Source of the DNA: Candidatus Iainarchaeum sp.
GTDB lineage: Archaea; Iainarchaeota; Iainarchaeia; Iainarchaeales; Iainarchaeaceae
Assembly: GCA_043812975.1 (NCBI GenBank)
Contig: JBDRLP010000025.1
Location: 794-64,793 of the forward strand
Reading direction: 5' to 3'
Length of the DNA: 64,000 bases
In this document: in pieces, positions 1-9,873 of the stretch
Layout: each line of letters starts with the position of its first letter
How positions within the stretch are numbered: position 1 is the first letter of the stretch
Program-made: the position numbers and the translations under genes
Notes under the pieces: model-generated
Seen by the model: only the letters and a program-made list of their open reading frames with translations
The model's database searches: none
What the model was told of the DNA's origin: nothing

Positions 1-992
1 CCGCTGAGTTTTCCAAGAGCATATTCTCTTCTTCTTCCAAACCTCTCAGGAGTAAGCGGGTTTGCATAAAGGTTTCCTTTTGCATCTCCATCAGCATGGA
101 TTCCTGCGGTTTGTGTAAAAACATCATCACCAACTATTGGTTTGTTTGTTGGAATTTTTTTTCCTGAAATTCTTTCAACAAACTTTGCAACTTTTAATAA
201 AGCAGATTCATCAATACTTGTTTCGAAATCAGATTTATCATTTATTGCAGCAACAACTTCTGCAAGAGGTGCATTTCCTGTTCTTTCACCCAAACCATTA
301 ACCGTACAATGAACCGCAGTTATTCCTTCGTTAATAGCCACTAATGTATTTGCAGTTGCTAAGCCATAATCATTATGCCCATGAAAATCCATTCCTTCTA
401 TTGGATAAACTTCTTTCATTTCACCCAAATATTTTTGAACCTGCATTGGATCTAAAATTCCAAGAGTATCAGGAAGCATTAACCTGCTTATTCCTGTTTC
501 TTTTAATTTTTTTGTAAATTCAAAAACATATTCTTTTGAATCTTTAATTCCATTGCTCCAGTCTTCAAGATAAACATTAACTGCAATTCCTTTTGATTTT
601 GCATATTCAATTACTTTTTGAGCATCAGCAAAATGATCTTCAGGTTCTTTCCTCAACTGGCCACGGCAATGTTTTTCGGAACCCTTTGCAAGCATATTCA
701 TTGTTTTACAACCGGCTTCTTCCAGCCAGTCTACTGAAGAATTATTAACAAAACCCAATACTTCTACTTTTTCAAGTAAACCTTCCTCTTTTGCCCAGGC
801 ACAGATTTCTTTTACTGTTTCTTTTTCTCCTTCACTTACATTAGCAGAAGCTACTTCCAAACGATCAACCTTAACTTCTTTAAGAAGCATTTTGGCTATC
901 GATAATTTTTCCTGTGAAGAAAAAGATACTCCTCTTGTTTGTTCTCCATCGCGAAGCGTGACATCAACTATTTTCACTAAATCTGCGACCAT
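1..992 (-). CDS. 2-isopropylmalate synthase / homocitrate synthase / citramalate synthase family (HMGL-like), N-terminal part; C-terminus runs off the window
   Basis: My translation of the minus strand from the ATG at 992 gives MVADLVKIVDVTLRDGEQ...HGHNDYGLATANTL. These are the LeuA/CimA/NifV TIM-barrel motifs VTLRDGEQ and HxHND.GxAxAN. This ORF is not in the supplied track because it is truncated. Confidence 0.75.
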   Translation of the reverse strand, partial: MVADLVKIVDVTLRDGEQTRGVSFSSQEKLSIAKMLLKEVKVDRLEVASANVSEGEKETVKEICAWAKEEGLLEKVEVLGFVNNSSVDWLEEAGCKTMNMLAKGSEKHCRGQLRKEPEDHFADAQKVIEYAKSKGIAVNVYLEDWSNGIKDSKEYVFEFTKKLKETGISRLMLPDTLGILDPMQVQKYLGEMKEVYPIEGMDFHGHNDYGLATANTLVAINEGITAVHCTVNGLGERTGNAPLAEVVAAINDKSDFETSIDESALLKVAKFVERISGKKIPTNKPIVGDDVFTQTAGIHADGDAKGNLYANPLTPERFGRRREYALGKLS

Positions 993-1048
993 AAACAAAA
1001 TCTCTTTAAAAAAGTTTTTAAATCAGGGTTTTGAACAATTCTAGCTGA

Positions 1049-2830
1049 TTATGAATCAACAAAACGAGGTTTTTCTTTTTTGGCTTTTTCTTTCAAATAT
1101 TCCATAAATTCGTGGTTATAATTCCTGATTTCGTTTATGTCCTTGTTTTTTAAGTAAAGAGCTACTTTTTCCACGAAAACATTGCTTCCGATTACATGAG
1201 GCATTATAACAAAATCAGCACCTGCCTTGTATAATACAAGAGAATCCTGAAAATAACGTGCTCTTCCAAAAATCGCTAATCTTGGAGAAACTTTTCTTGC
1301 GTACCTTACAAGAGGAGCAGCTGCATTTGATCTTGGAATTGCAATCACAAGCACTTTTGCCTTATCCAATCTTAATTTTCTCCAGATTTCCTCATTATCA
1401 ACTGAACCATAAACTGAATTAATCTTATCTTGAATATTTCGCCAGACTACTTCTGAATCATTGTCAATTACAATTATTTTGTTTTCACTTTTCAGACTGG
1501 AAGCTATTCCGGAACCAACTAAACCGCCGCCAAAAATTACTATGTGGTCTTCTATGTCATCAGGAATACTTTCAAGTGCATCAATTTTTTTGTTCAATCT
1601 TTTAGATTGCTTTACCGGGTCAAGAAGTTTTCCGAAAATCCTTTGAGTTAGATTGTAAAAGAAATTTGTGTAACCCATGAAATACGGAGTTATTGCCATT
1701 GAAAGCGCGATTAAAACTATAAGAAAAGAATAAAGTCCGGGGGTTTGTTCAAGAACTCCTTTTCCCTGATTGGCTATTATGAATGAAAATTCTGAAACCT
1801 GTGCTAAACCAAGAGCAACCATCAGAGAAACTCTTCCTCCGTAACCATTGAACAGGGTTATTAAATAGTAAATTAGGGGTTTGAAAATGAAAACAATCCC
1901 TACTAAAACAAGTGCGAGTTCTAATGGAAAAGAAACAAAGCTTGGAGTAATCTGGATTCCTAAAGTAACAAAGAAAATTGTTGCTAAAAAATCACGAACT
2001 CCCCTTATCCTATGGGCTACCTCAAGATTATAAGTAAGGGTTGATAATGCCACCCCAGCTACAAAAGCACCTACGGCTATTGAAAAATTTAAAAGATAAG
2101 AAATAAAAATAAAAATGAAAACAGAACTCATTGCCGCAAGGAAAAATAATTCCTCTGATTGTGTTGCAAATGCAAATAGTTTCGGGTAAAAATATTTATT
2201 CAGAACATAAGCTATTGCGAGTAATACAATTACTTTCAATAATAGGAAACCAATAAATTCAACATTTGCAACATTGGAAATGTTTTCCAATAATGGAAGC
2301 GCAAGTATTACAAGTACATCCTGTATTAACAGAAAACCAATCATCAGCCGGCCATGAAGCGTGTTGATTTCATGGCTATCAGATAAGAGTTTTATGACAA
2401 TTGCGGTTGAAGAAAACGCTACAATCATACCAAGATATAATGATTGTTCGAATGAAAGCAAACCTAAAAATGAGTTGAAAACAAAAACAAGTAAAGCTGT
2501 TAAAGTAACTTGGCAAACTGACCCAACAATTGCGATTTTTCCAAGTTCAGCTAGTTTTGAAAAATTTGATTCAACACCAATAGAAAAAAGTAAAAACGCT
2601 ACTCCTAATTCTGAAAGAATCAGGATTTCTTCAGTTGTTGTTACTCCAAGAGGAACTCCTGCAAATTCCAACCCCAAAGCACCTAACCCAATAGGCCCAA
2701 TAACTATTCCTGCAGCAATATAAGCAAGAAGAGCAGGTTGTCTCAGGAGCCTTGCAATGTAATTGAAAGCAGTGGCAGCAAGAAGAATAAGTCCTAAATC
2801 TAAAAGTAAAGCTATTCCTTCAAACGCCAT
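1049..2830 (-). CDS. CPA2-family K+/H+ antiporter with C-terminal TrkA-N (RCK) NAD-binding domain (KefB/KefC-like)
   Basis: About 380 aa of polytopic membrane domain followed by a Rossmann motif IVIFGGGLVGSGIA (GxGxxG). The overall KefC-like architecture. Confidence 0.8.
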   Translation of the reverse strand: MAFEGIALLLDLGLILLAATAFNYIARLLRQPALLAYIAAGIVIGPIGLGALGLEFAGVPLGVTTTEEILILSELGVAFLLFSIGVESNFSKLAELGKIAIVGSVCQVTLTALLVFVFNSFLGLLSFEQSLYLGMIVAFSSTAIVIKLLSDSHEINTLHGRLMIGFLLIQDVLVILALPLLENISNVANVEFIGFLLLKVIVLLAIAYVLNKYFYPKLFAFATQSEELFFLAAMSSVFIFIFISYLLNFSIAVGAFVAGVALSTLTYNLEVAHRIRGVRDFLATIFFVTLGIQITPSFVSFPLELALVLVGIVFIFKPLIYYLITLFNGYGGRVSLMVALGLAQVSEFSFIIANQGKGVLEQTPGLYSFLIVLIALSMAITPYFMGYTNFFYNLTQRIFGKLLDPVKQSKRLNKKIDALESIPDDIEDHIVIFGGGLVGSGIASSLKSENKIIVIDNDSEVVWRNIQDKINSVYGSVDNEEIWRKLRLDKAKVLVIAIPRSNAAAPLVRYARKVSPRLAIFGRARYFQDSLVLYKAGADFVIMPHVIGSNVFVEKVALYLKNKDINEIRNYNHEFMEYLKEKAKKEKPRFVDS

Positions 2831-2892
2831 TTAATCACTGAAAGAATAAGTAAAAGGAGTATAAATAACTAATTATTACTTGAAAACAAGAA

Positions 2893-3195
2893 TCATTCAC
2901 TGGTTACTTTACCAGACCAAACTATAAGTAATTCACAACCTTCTTTGGAACTTGGTTTGTGAATTCCTTCAGCAGTATTAATCAAAAAATCGCCTTTCTT
3001 ATGGATTCCTTTCTCATCTTCCATTGAACCCTCAAGAACATAAACCCACTCAAAATCATCATGGAAGTGACCCTGATCAACCCAATTAGGTTCTATTTTC
3101 AGAATATCCATCTGCAACCCGCTTTTCGAATCTTTTGCAAGATGCTTAATCTGGATTCCTTTGCGCAGGAGTTTGTATTCGGGCATTAGAATCAC
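2893..3195 (-). CDS. cupin-domain protein
   Basis: GHFHDDFEWVYVLEG...GEG.H cupin metal-site pattern; 100 aa. Confidence 0.55.
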   Translation of the reverse strand: MILMPEYKLLRKGIQIKHLAKDSKSGLQMDILKIEPNWVDQGHFHDDFEWVYVLEGSMEDEKGIHKKGDFLINTAEGIHKPSSKEGCELLIVWSGKVTSE

Positions 3196-3446
3196 TTTTT
3201 GATATTCTTAATCCACATTTTTTTTATGAATGGCAAAGAATATTGCTGGATTAAATACGCTCCTGCAGGGATTAAAGCATTAAAATAAGGATTAGGGGCT
3301 TCAATTAAAATCAAGAAATAAAGAATGAGAATGTAAGTAGCAACAGCAAGCAATAATCTTCTTATTTTACTGGTTTCCCATGCTTTATCCTCTTCTACTC
3401 GAGAATTCCTTTCCAGAATTGAATTTACTTTTTCTTCAATACCCAT
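3192..3446 (-). CDS. small membrane protein, hypothetical
   Basis: 84 aa; hydrophobic core; 4-nt overlap with the downstream cupin gene. Confidence 0.4.
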   Translation of the reverse strand: MGIEEKVNSILERNSRVEEDKAWETSKIRRLLLAVATYILILYFLILIEAPNPYFNALIPAGAYLIQQYSLPFIKKMWIKNIKK

Positions 3447-3556
3447 AAAATCACTAAAACTAAAATGATTGTAACAGCTTTTAAGAACAACTTTTTCGGA
3501 TTTTTCTTTTTTTCAAAAATCAAATACTATCATTAAACCTGAATAATTAAATACTA

Positions 3557-4144
3557 TTGATAAGCATTATCTTTATGGCAAAAGGGAAAAAATTACAAAC
3601 AAAAGGGAGGCCTTTATTGGCCGAAAGAAGCCTAAAGACTTTTGCCAGACTTGCCTCAGCGGAAACAGGCTCAGTGAAAAAATTAATGGATCACTTGAGA
3701 GAAAAACTCAGAGACTCGGATTTCTTTCCCGGACTCCCACTTGTGAGGGAAAACTATAGAATAAGGATTCTTGATTTTGAAGGGACAAGATATGCAATCA
3801 AGCGCACGGGTAATTTCAAGGGACACGGCCATAATTTTGAGAAACTAAGGAAAATATTCTTAGTCTACCAGGAGGCAGTAAGGGCAGGAATCATCGAACA
3901 AAAACATTGCAGGCTTTCCTCAATAAAAGTCCTCGGAAGAACCGAAAGGTATTTAGTAATGCAATATGTAGAAGGGCGACCAATTAAAAAACCTTCAAAA
4001 ATTTACACTGAACTGGCAAATAATTTCAAAATACTATTTGAAAAAGGTCTTATAGATGAATTCCCTCAAACCAGCCATGCCATAACCACAAAGGATGCTA
4101 GAACAGGGAAAACCGTGGCCTATCTCCCATATGATTTTATTTGA
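3557..4144 (+). CDS. hypothetical protein, possibly an atypical small kinase-like fold
   Basis: 195 aa; VMQYVEGRPI resembles the kinase hinge region, but no clear catalytic HxD loop. Confidence 0.35.
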   Translation: MISIIFMAKGKKLQTKGRPLLAERSLKTFARLASAETGSVKKLMDHLREKLRDSDFFPGLPLVRENYRIRILDFEGTRYAIKRTGNFKGHGHNFEKLRKIFLVYQEAVRAGIIEQKHCRLSSIKVLGRTERYLVMQYVEGRPIKKPSKIYTELANNFKILFEKGLIDEFPQTSHAITTKDARTGKTVAYLPYDFI

Positions 4145-4218
4145 AAACAGGAATTTTTTTTATTTTTTAAAAAATTCAAATCCTTCAGCTTTTAAGAACA
4201 ACTTTATTTGATTTTTAG

Positions 4219-6057
4219 ATGAAGATTTATTTTCCTTATGAAAACGTGCGGGATGAACAAAAAAAACTCATAAATGATATTGTGAATACCCTGAATTCCA
4301 GCAAAACCCTTTTGGCTAATGCTCCCACAGGATTAGGAAAAACCGTTTCGAGTTTGGCTCCTGCTTTATCATTTGCAATTGAGCACAAAAAGAAAGTGTT
4401 CTTCCTGACTCCGAAAAGTTCTCAGCACGAGATTGCAATGGAAACCTCTAATTTAATGAATGAAAAATTTGGTTTGAAAATCAAAACAGTTGACCTTGTT
4501 GGAAAAAAGAAAATGTGTATACATCCTTTAGTTTCACATGTAAAACAGGGTTTTTACGAAACGTGTTCTGCAATCAAAAAAAAAGAACAATGCAACTTTT
4601 ACATAAACACTAAAGGGAAAACTCTTAAACAAAAAGCAAATGCAAAAAAAAGAAAACAAGGAATAGAAGTTTATGGAAAAACTTATTTTGAAGTAAAAAA
4701 ATCATGCACGACAAGAGAACTATGCCCTTACGAAGTAACTCTTGAAATGATTAAAGAAGCAGATCTTGTAATTGGAGATTATTTTCACATTTTTAATGAA
4801 GATATAAGAGAAAGTATTCTTGGACAGGCTAATATAAAATTAAATGACTGTATTTTGATTATTGATGAAGCCCATAATCTTTCAAAAAGAATAAGGGACA
4901 TGCTTGCAACAACCCTGAAGGTTGATGATATTGAAAAAGCATCCAAAGAAGCAAAGGAAATTAAGGATCAGAAAACTGAAAAAGCTTTGAAAGAAATTGC
5001 AGATGAATTTGTTAAAGTAGTCAGTAAAATTCCTTTGAATGAAAACGAATCTTTAATCGCAGAAGAAGTAACTGAATCATTAAAAGCACTTGCAAAGAAA
5101 AAGCTGGAGCGAATTGAAGAAGCTGCCGGGATTTTCATGAACAAAAACAAAAAAGAAAAATCCTATCTTTTAACAACCGCTGTTTTTTTACACAACCTGA
5201 TTCTGAAAAAGAAACATACTTTACAGGTTGCAGAAATGCAAAGGAATTCAATGAGAATTTCTCTATACCCTCTTGATCCTTCAGAAATAACTGAATCTAT
5301 TTTCAAACAAGCTTATTCAGCAATTTTAATGTCAGGAACATTAAGTCCTTTGAGAATGCATAGTGATGTTTTAGGATTGGAAAATCCTGAACTAAAAGAA
5401 TATTTATCGCCTTTTCCAAAAGAGAACCGGCTCAACATTTTTGTAAACAGAACCACAACAAAATACACTGAAAGGAATTCTGCACAGTATGAGGAAATAG
5501 CAAAAATAATTGAAAAAGTTACCAATGCAACCCCGGGAAACAGCATTGTATTTTTTCCTTCATTTAATGTTATGAATGGTATTTCTCCGAATATTAATAT
5601 TTCAAGAAAAATGCTTGAGCAAAAACAATTAATGTCACAGGATGAAAAATCAAAACTAATTAAGGAATTCAAGGCATTGGCAAGTGGTTTTGGAGGGGTT
5701 CTTCTCGCGGTTTCTGGAGGAAGCATAGCAGAAGGAGTTGATTTTCCAGGGGAAAATTTAAAATGTGCAATTATTGTTGGAATTCCTTTTGAAAGGGTTT
5801 CATTGCAGTCAAAAGCACTGATTGAATTATATGATAAGAAATTCAAGAAAGGATGGGATTACGCTTACAACGGACCAGCAATAAGCAAAGCAGTGCAGGC
5901 AGCAGGAAGAGTTATTCGAAGTGAAAAAGATAAAGGAGCCTGTGTTTTTCTGGATAAACGGTTTTTGGATTTTAAGTACAAACAGTTTTTTCCAAAAGAA
6001 TTTGAATCAATTGTTAATAATGAACCTGAAAAATTGGTTAAGAAATTGTTTGAGTAA
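4219..6057 (+). CDS. XPD/Rad3(DinG)-family FeS helicase
   Basis: Walker A ANAPTGLGKT, DEAH box LIIDEAHNL, four Cys (CIHP, CSAIKKKEQC, CTTRELC) placed as in the XPD FeS domain, and motif VI QAAGRVIRS. Confidence 0.8.
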   Translation: MKIYFPYENVRDEQKKLINDIVNTLNSSKTLLANAPTGLGKTVSSLAPALSFAIEHKKKVFFLTPKSSQHEIAMETSNLMNEKFGLKIKTVDLVGKKKMCIHPLVSHVKQGFYETCSAIKKKEQCNFYINTKGKTLKQKANAKKRKQGIEVYGKTYFEVKKSCTTRELCPYEVTLEMIKEADLVIGDYFHIFNEDIRESILGQANIKLNDCILIIDEAHNLSKRIRDMLATTLKVDDIEKASKEAKEIKDQKTEKALKEIADEFVKVVSKIPLNENESLIAEEVTESLKALAKKKLERIEEAAGIFMNKNKKEKSYLLTTAVFLHNLILKKKHTLQVAEMQRNSMRISLYPLDPSEITESIFKQAYSAILMSGTLSPLRMHSDVLGLENPELKEYLSPFPKENRLNIFVNRTTTKYTERNSAQYEEIAKIIEKVTNATPGNSIVFFPSFNVMNGISPNINISRKMLEQKQLMSQDEKSKLIKEFKALASGFGGVLLAVSGGSIAEGVDFPGENLKCAIIVGIPFERVSLQSKALIELYDKKFKKGWDYAYNGPAISKAVQAAGRVIRSEKDKGACVFLDKRFLDFKYKQFFPKEFESIVNNEPEKLVKKLFE

Positions 6058-6135
6058 AATTAAACCAAAACTCCTAATTTCTACATAAAAGCTCAGCTTT
6101 TTATACAATGTTCAACTTTTATTTTTACGATATAT

Positions 6136-6519
6136 ATGGCAAGACAACCAGCACATACTAGTAGAAAAGATCGACGTGAACGAGGAAAATCAACCGGTTT
6201 TTTACCAAAAAAAATATTATTAATAAAACAAAAAGCACCAGGAGTAAAATCAATAAGAACTGTAGATGGTATTAGTAATCTCGGAAGAAGAAAATTAAGC
6301 AACCAAAGACTCCGAGCTCCTGGCGAGGAAAGGAGAAATGTAAAGCCGGGGGATATTATTGTTGAAAATATTAAAACTGGAAAAACTACCACTACTAGAA
6401 GAGAACAAAGTGCAACTAAAAATCCCTTTACTCCTAAGCGAGCTGGAGATGTTGTAAGAAGAACAGATACACGCACTAGAAAGAGAACGAATAAAGTGGC
6501 TAAAAGAAACGCAAAATAA
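6136..6519 (+). CDS. highly basic K/R/T-rich small protein, hypothetical (possibly nucleic-acid binding)
   Basis: 127 aa, very rich in Arg/Lys. Local GC is above the flanks and an antisense ORF (6093..6476) overlaps it, so coding status is uncertain. Confidence 0.3.
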   Translation: MARQPAHTSRKDRRERGKSTGFLPKKILLIKQKAPGVKSIRTVDGISNLGRRKLSNQRLRAPGEERRNVKPGDIIVENIKTGKTTTTRREQSATKNPFTPKRAGDVVRRTDTRTRKRTNKVAKRNAK

Positions 6520-6547
6520 AAACTAGAAAATTAAATACTATTTGAAT

Positions 6548-6790
6548 TTAGTTATTATTTTTAGGCCGTCTTCTAGATGCTTGCTTATAAAACTCTTCTC
6601 CAATGTTAAGTCTTCCTTTTCGGGCGGCTTCTAAACGCTCGGCCACCTCGCTTTCAGTCGGCTTAAAACCTTGAGGTTGCGGAGGCTTAGTGCTACTTTG
6701 TTTTTTAAAAAGTTTACTAATCCATTGTCTAACTCTCACAGGCATAATAAAATAGTGTGTCAGGTTATTTATATAACTTACTTTGTGCAA
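6548..6790 (-). CDS. small hypothetical protein
   Basis: 80-aa ORF; internal Met gives MPVRVRQWISKLFKK...; no recognisable motif. Confidence 0.3.
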   Translation of the reverse strand: MHKVSYINNLTHYFIMPVRVRQWISKLFKKQSSTKPPQPQGFKPTESEVAERLEAARKGRLNIGEEFYKQASRRRPKNNN

Positions 6791-6906
6791 AAATCATATT
6801 TAGGTTTGAAAGGCAACAATTTTATCTAACCTTACACAAAAAAAATAACACCTTTCCACTAAAGCGACCATTTTGTCGGGGCACAGCCTTCTCCTTGAAA
6901 AGCCAG

Positions 6907-8310
6907 TTATAATTTCTTCCACTTAACCCCATCAGGAGTATCTAGGAGTTCATATCCTTTTTCTTTTAATTTGCCACGTATTTTGTCTGATTCCGCAAAA
7001 TTCTTTTCTTTTCTGAATTTTTCCCTTTGTTCAATAAGATCCATTAATTCTTTTGGAAGTTTTTCTTCCTGTTTTTTTTCAAATTCAAAGAAATCAAAAA
7101 ACTGGTTTAATTCTTTCAAGAAATCCAATATTGATTCTGCGTTCTTTTTTGAAAGATTTTTTTCAGCAATAAGAAAATTAACCGCAGACTGGAACTCGTA
7201 AAGAGCAGCCCATGCATTAGGTAAATTGAAATCCTCATCCATTGCTTCTTCAAAACCATCCTTCGCATTTTTAATTAATTCATCAACTTCAGGGTTTTCA
7301 TTTTTGTTTTCAACTGCAAAGAGTTCCTGAATAGTATTGTTCCACTTTTCAAGGTTCTTTTCAGCCTGTGCTATTGCCTCATCATTAAAATCAATCCTTG
7401 ACCTGTAATGAAGAGAAGCAATAAAATAACGAAAAGCTTTTGGATTAAAATCTTTTAATAATTCAGGAATTGTAATAAAGTTCCCTAAACTTTTTGACAT
7501 TTTTTCACCACGAACGTTTAGAAACCCTGCGTGCATCCAGTAATTCACAAATGGTTTTTCGCCATAAGTAGCTTCACTTTGCGCAAGCTCGTTTTCATGA
7601 TGCGGAAAAACCAAATCAACCGCACCGCCATGGATATCGAGCTTTTTCCCTAAATGTTTTGAACTCATTACTGAGCATTCAATATGCCAGCCTGGTCTTC
7701 CTTCTCCCCATGGAGAAGGCCATGAAGGTTCTCCTTCTTTTGCTTTTTTCCAAAGAGCAAAGTCCATTGGATTATCCTTATCATACTTATCAGTTTCAAC
7801 TCTGGTGCCGCTTTTGCGTTCTTTCATATTCAAATTACTCAATTTTCCATAATCAGGAAATTTATTTATTGCAAAGTAAACTCCATCATCAGTTTCGTAA
7901 GCGATTCCTTTTTTTTGTAAAATTTTTACCATTTCAATTATTTCTTCTATGTGTTCAGTAACTCTTGGCATTACATCAGGTTTTTTTATTCCGAGTTCTT
8001 TAAGATCTTTTACAAAAAGTTCAATGTTCTTATCGGCTAATTGAAAAATTGTTATACCTTGTTTGTTGGCTTCTTTAATCATGTCATCATGAACATCTGT
8101 AATGTTAACAACATACTTCACTTTGTTTCCTTTGTATTCTAAGTAGCGTCTTATAATATCAAAAGCAATGTAAGTTCTTGCATGCCCAACATGACCTGGT
8201 CCATAAACTGTTGGACCACAGACATACATTAGTATTTCTCCTTTTTTCAGGGATTTGAATTCATCTATCTGTCTGGTTCTTGTGTTGTAAAGTTTTAGCA
8301 TTTTATTCAC
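6907..8310 (-). CDS. cysS: cysteinyl-tRNA synthetase
   Basis: HIGH region CGPTVYGPGHVGHARTY, KMSKS region KMSKSLGN, zinc Cys, 467 aa. Confidence 0.95.
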   Translation of the reverse strand: MNKMLKLYNTRTRQIDEFKSLKKGEILMYVCGPTVYGPGHVGHARTYIAFDIIRRYLEYKGNKVKYVVNITDVHDDMIKEANKQGITIFQLADKNIELFVKDLKELGIKKPDVMPRVTEHIEEIIEMVKILQKKGIAYETDDGVYFAINKFPDYGKLSNLNMKERKSGTRVETDKYDKDNPMDFALWKKAKEGEPSWPSPWGEGRPGWHIECSVMSSKHLGKKLDIHGGAVDLVFPHHENELAQSEATYGEKPFVNYWMHAGFLNVRGEKMSKSLGNFITIPELLKDFNPKAFRYFIASLHYRSRIDFNDEAIAQAEKNLEKWNNTIQELFAVENKNENPEVDELIKNAKDGFEEAMDEDFNLPNAWAALYEFQSAVNFLIAEKNLSKKNAESILDFLKELNQFFDFFEFEKKQEEKLPKELMDLIEQREKFRKEKNFAESDKIRGKLKEKGYELLDTPDGVKWKKL

Positions 8311-8428
8311 TATATACTAGAAATAGAGTAAGAAATATAAAAAGAGACAAAAAACAGATTTTTTGAATTTACTTATAACCCATTGCAAATGGGTTGGCCG
8401 TAAGCGCACCCCACCGACGCAACGGTGG

Positions 8429-8635
8429 TTACTCTTCTTCATAATCAAAGATTTCATCAAGTTCTGCCATTTCTTCATATTTCTTTTCCTGATCAGTAAC
8501 TAACTTGAAATTGCCATTCTTTACCTCAACCTCTAATAGTTCTGAGCATTCCTCGCATTTTACGAAGTCTCCTTCGTCCTGCTCATTAGTGTCGAGTTCG
8601 ATTTTTGTTTTACAACTTGGACAACTGCATTTCAT
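8429..8635 (-). CDS. zinc-ribbon small protein
   Basis: CPSCKTK...CEECSE: two CxxC pairs; 68 aa, acidic C-terminus. Confidence 0.5.
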   Translation of the reverse strand: MKCSCPSCKTKIELDTNEQDEGDFVKCEECSELLEVEVKNGNFKLVTDQEKKYEEMAELDEIFDYEEE

Positions 8636-8694
8636 TCAATCACCTCTCAAAATTCCTAATAAAGGCGTTCAACAAAACTCTTTTAAATTTTTGG

Positions 8695-9327
8695 TTAAAT
8701 CAGGCCAAAAATGAAGCTTAAAAGCAGGTTTAGGAGGTAACTTAGGCCTATAAAGACTATTACAAAAATCAGATTAGAAAAAACACTTGTTTTTTTGACT
8801 AAATTACCGATTCTGTAGAAAACTGAAAAATTGATTAAAAATGTGAAAACACCAATTAAACCCAAAACAAGCCATATTAGAAGCATTATTTCCTGAGAAG
8901 GTAAGGCCATAGATGAAATAACAGATACTAACTCCTCAAAAGATGGGTTCAGTCCCTGCAAAGAGGCAATTTTTTCAAAAAACCCAGGGATTGAGATAAA
9001 AACCAGCAGAATAGCAGAAAATGCTGCAATGAAATTAACAAGGTAAATAACCGGAAAAGCAGCCATTATTGAAGAGAATTTTCCCTGAACTTCTTTTCCC
9101 TTAAATGCCATCAACAAAAGGTAAATCAGAACAGTTGCAAGAATCCAGAAAAGGAGTTCCCTTACAACCGCAATTCCTATTCCTGCAAAATCAACCCCAA
9201 AGCCAAAAAGTGACCATGCTCCAATAATCAGAACAAATGGAAGTAAAAAGAAACCAAAACCAATACCAAGGTTCTTTTTATTGAACTGGCTTTCAATAAC
9301 CGGTTTGAATATTTTAATTAAAACCAT
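8695..9327 (-). CDS. polytopic membrane protein (Yip1-like?)
   Basis: 210 aa, 5-6 predicted TM helices; resembles the 11060 gene in layout. Confidence 0.4.
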   Translation of the reverse strand: MVLIKIFKPVIESQFNKKNLGIGFGFFLLPFVLIIGAWSLFGFGVDFAGIGIAVVRELLFWILATVLIYLLLMAFKGKEVQGKFSSIMAAFPVIYLVNFIAAFSAILLVFISIPGFFEKIASLQGLNPSFEELVSVISSMALPSQEIMLLIWLVLGLIGVFTFLINFSVFYRIGNLVKKTSVFSNLIFVIVFIGLSYLLNLLLSFIFGLI

Positions 9328-9362
9328 GCATTATCCATAGGCAAAAGTAATATTTAAAAGTA

Positions 9363-9668
9363 GTGGAACCTAGTTTTAATATGCCCAGAAGAAGAGAACC
9401 GCCAAAAAAACAAAATCAGCCTAACCCGCATTTGGAAAGTGGTCTCAGAAAAATAGAAAAGTTCCAAAATTTTGAACCTGACAAATTGAATCAACTCACG
9501 CATGTTGGCGGAATTATGCATGCAGAAAAAAGTAGAGGTGTTCCATTTGAAATTTTTATCAAAGGAGAAGGTGCAACAGGTTGCTTCTTAATAAATACAG
9601 AGTTAAAACAAAAAGGAAAACCAGAACTCACAAAAGATGAATGGAAAGCTATGTACGAATCAATGTGA
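9363..9668 (+). CDS. hypothetical protein
   Basis: 101-aa ORF, no motif recognised. Confidence 0.35.
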   Translation: MEPSFNMPRRREPPKKQNQPNPHLESGLRKIEKFQNFEPDKLNQLTHVGGIMHAEKSRGVPFEIFIKGEGATGCFLINTELKQKGKPELTKDEWKAMYESM

Positions 9669-9873
9669 AAACGAATTTACTTCTTCAAGAATCTTTTTTG
9701 CTTTGGAATTCTTTTCAAAGTGCTTCCTCACAGGTTCAAGGAGTTCGTTGATGTATTAGTAGTATTTAAAGATTCTGATGATTATATTATTGCATGAAAG
9801 AAGAAATAAAAAAACCAAGACCACAAACCAAGGCAATAAAAGGCAGATTCAAAATACCTCAGCAGAGATAAAA

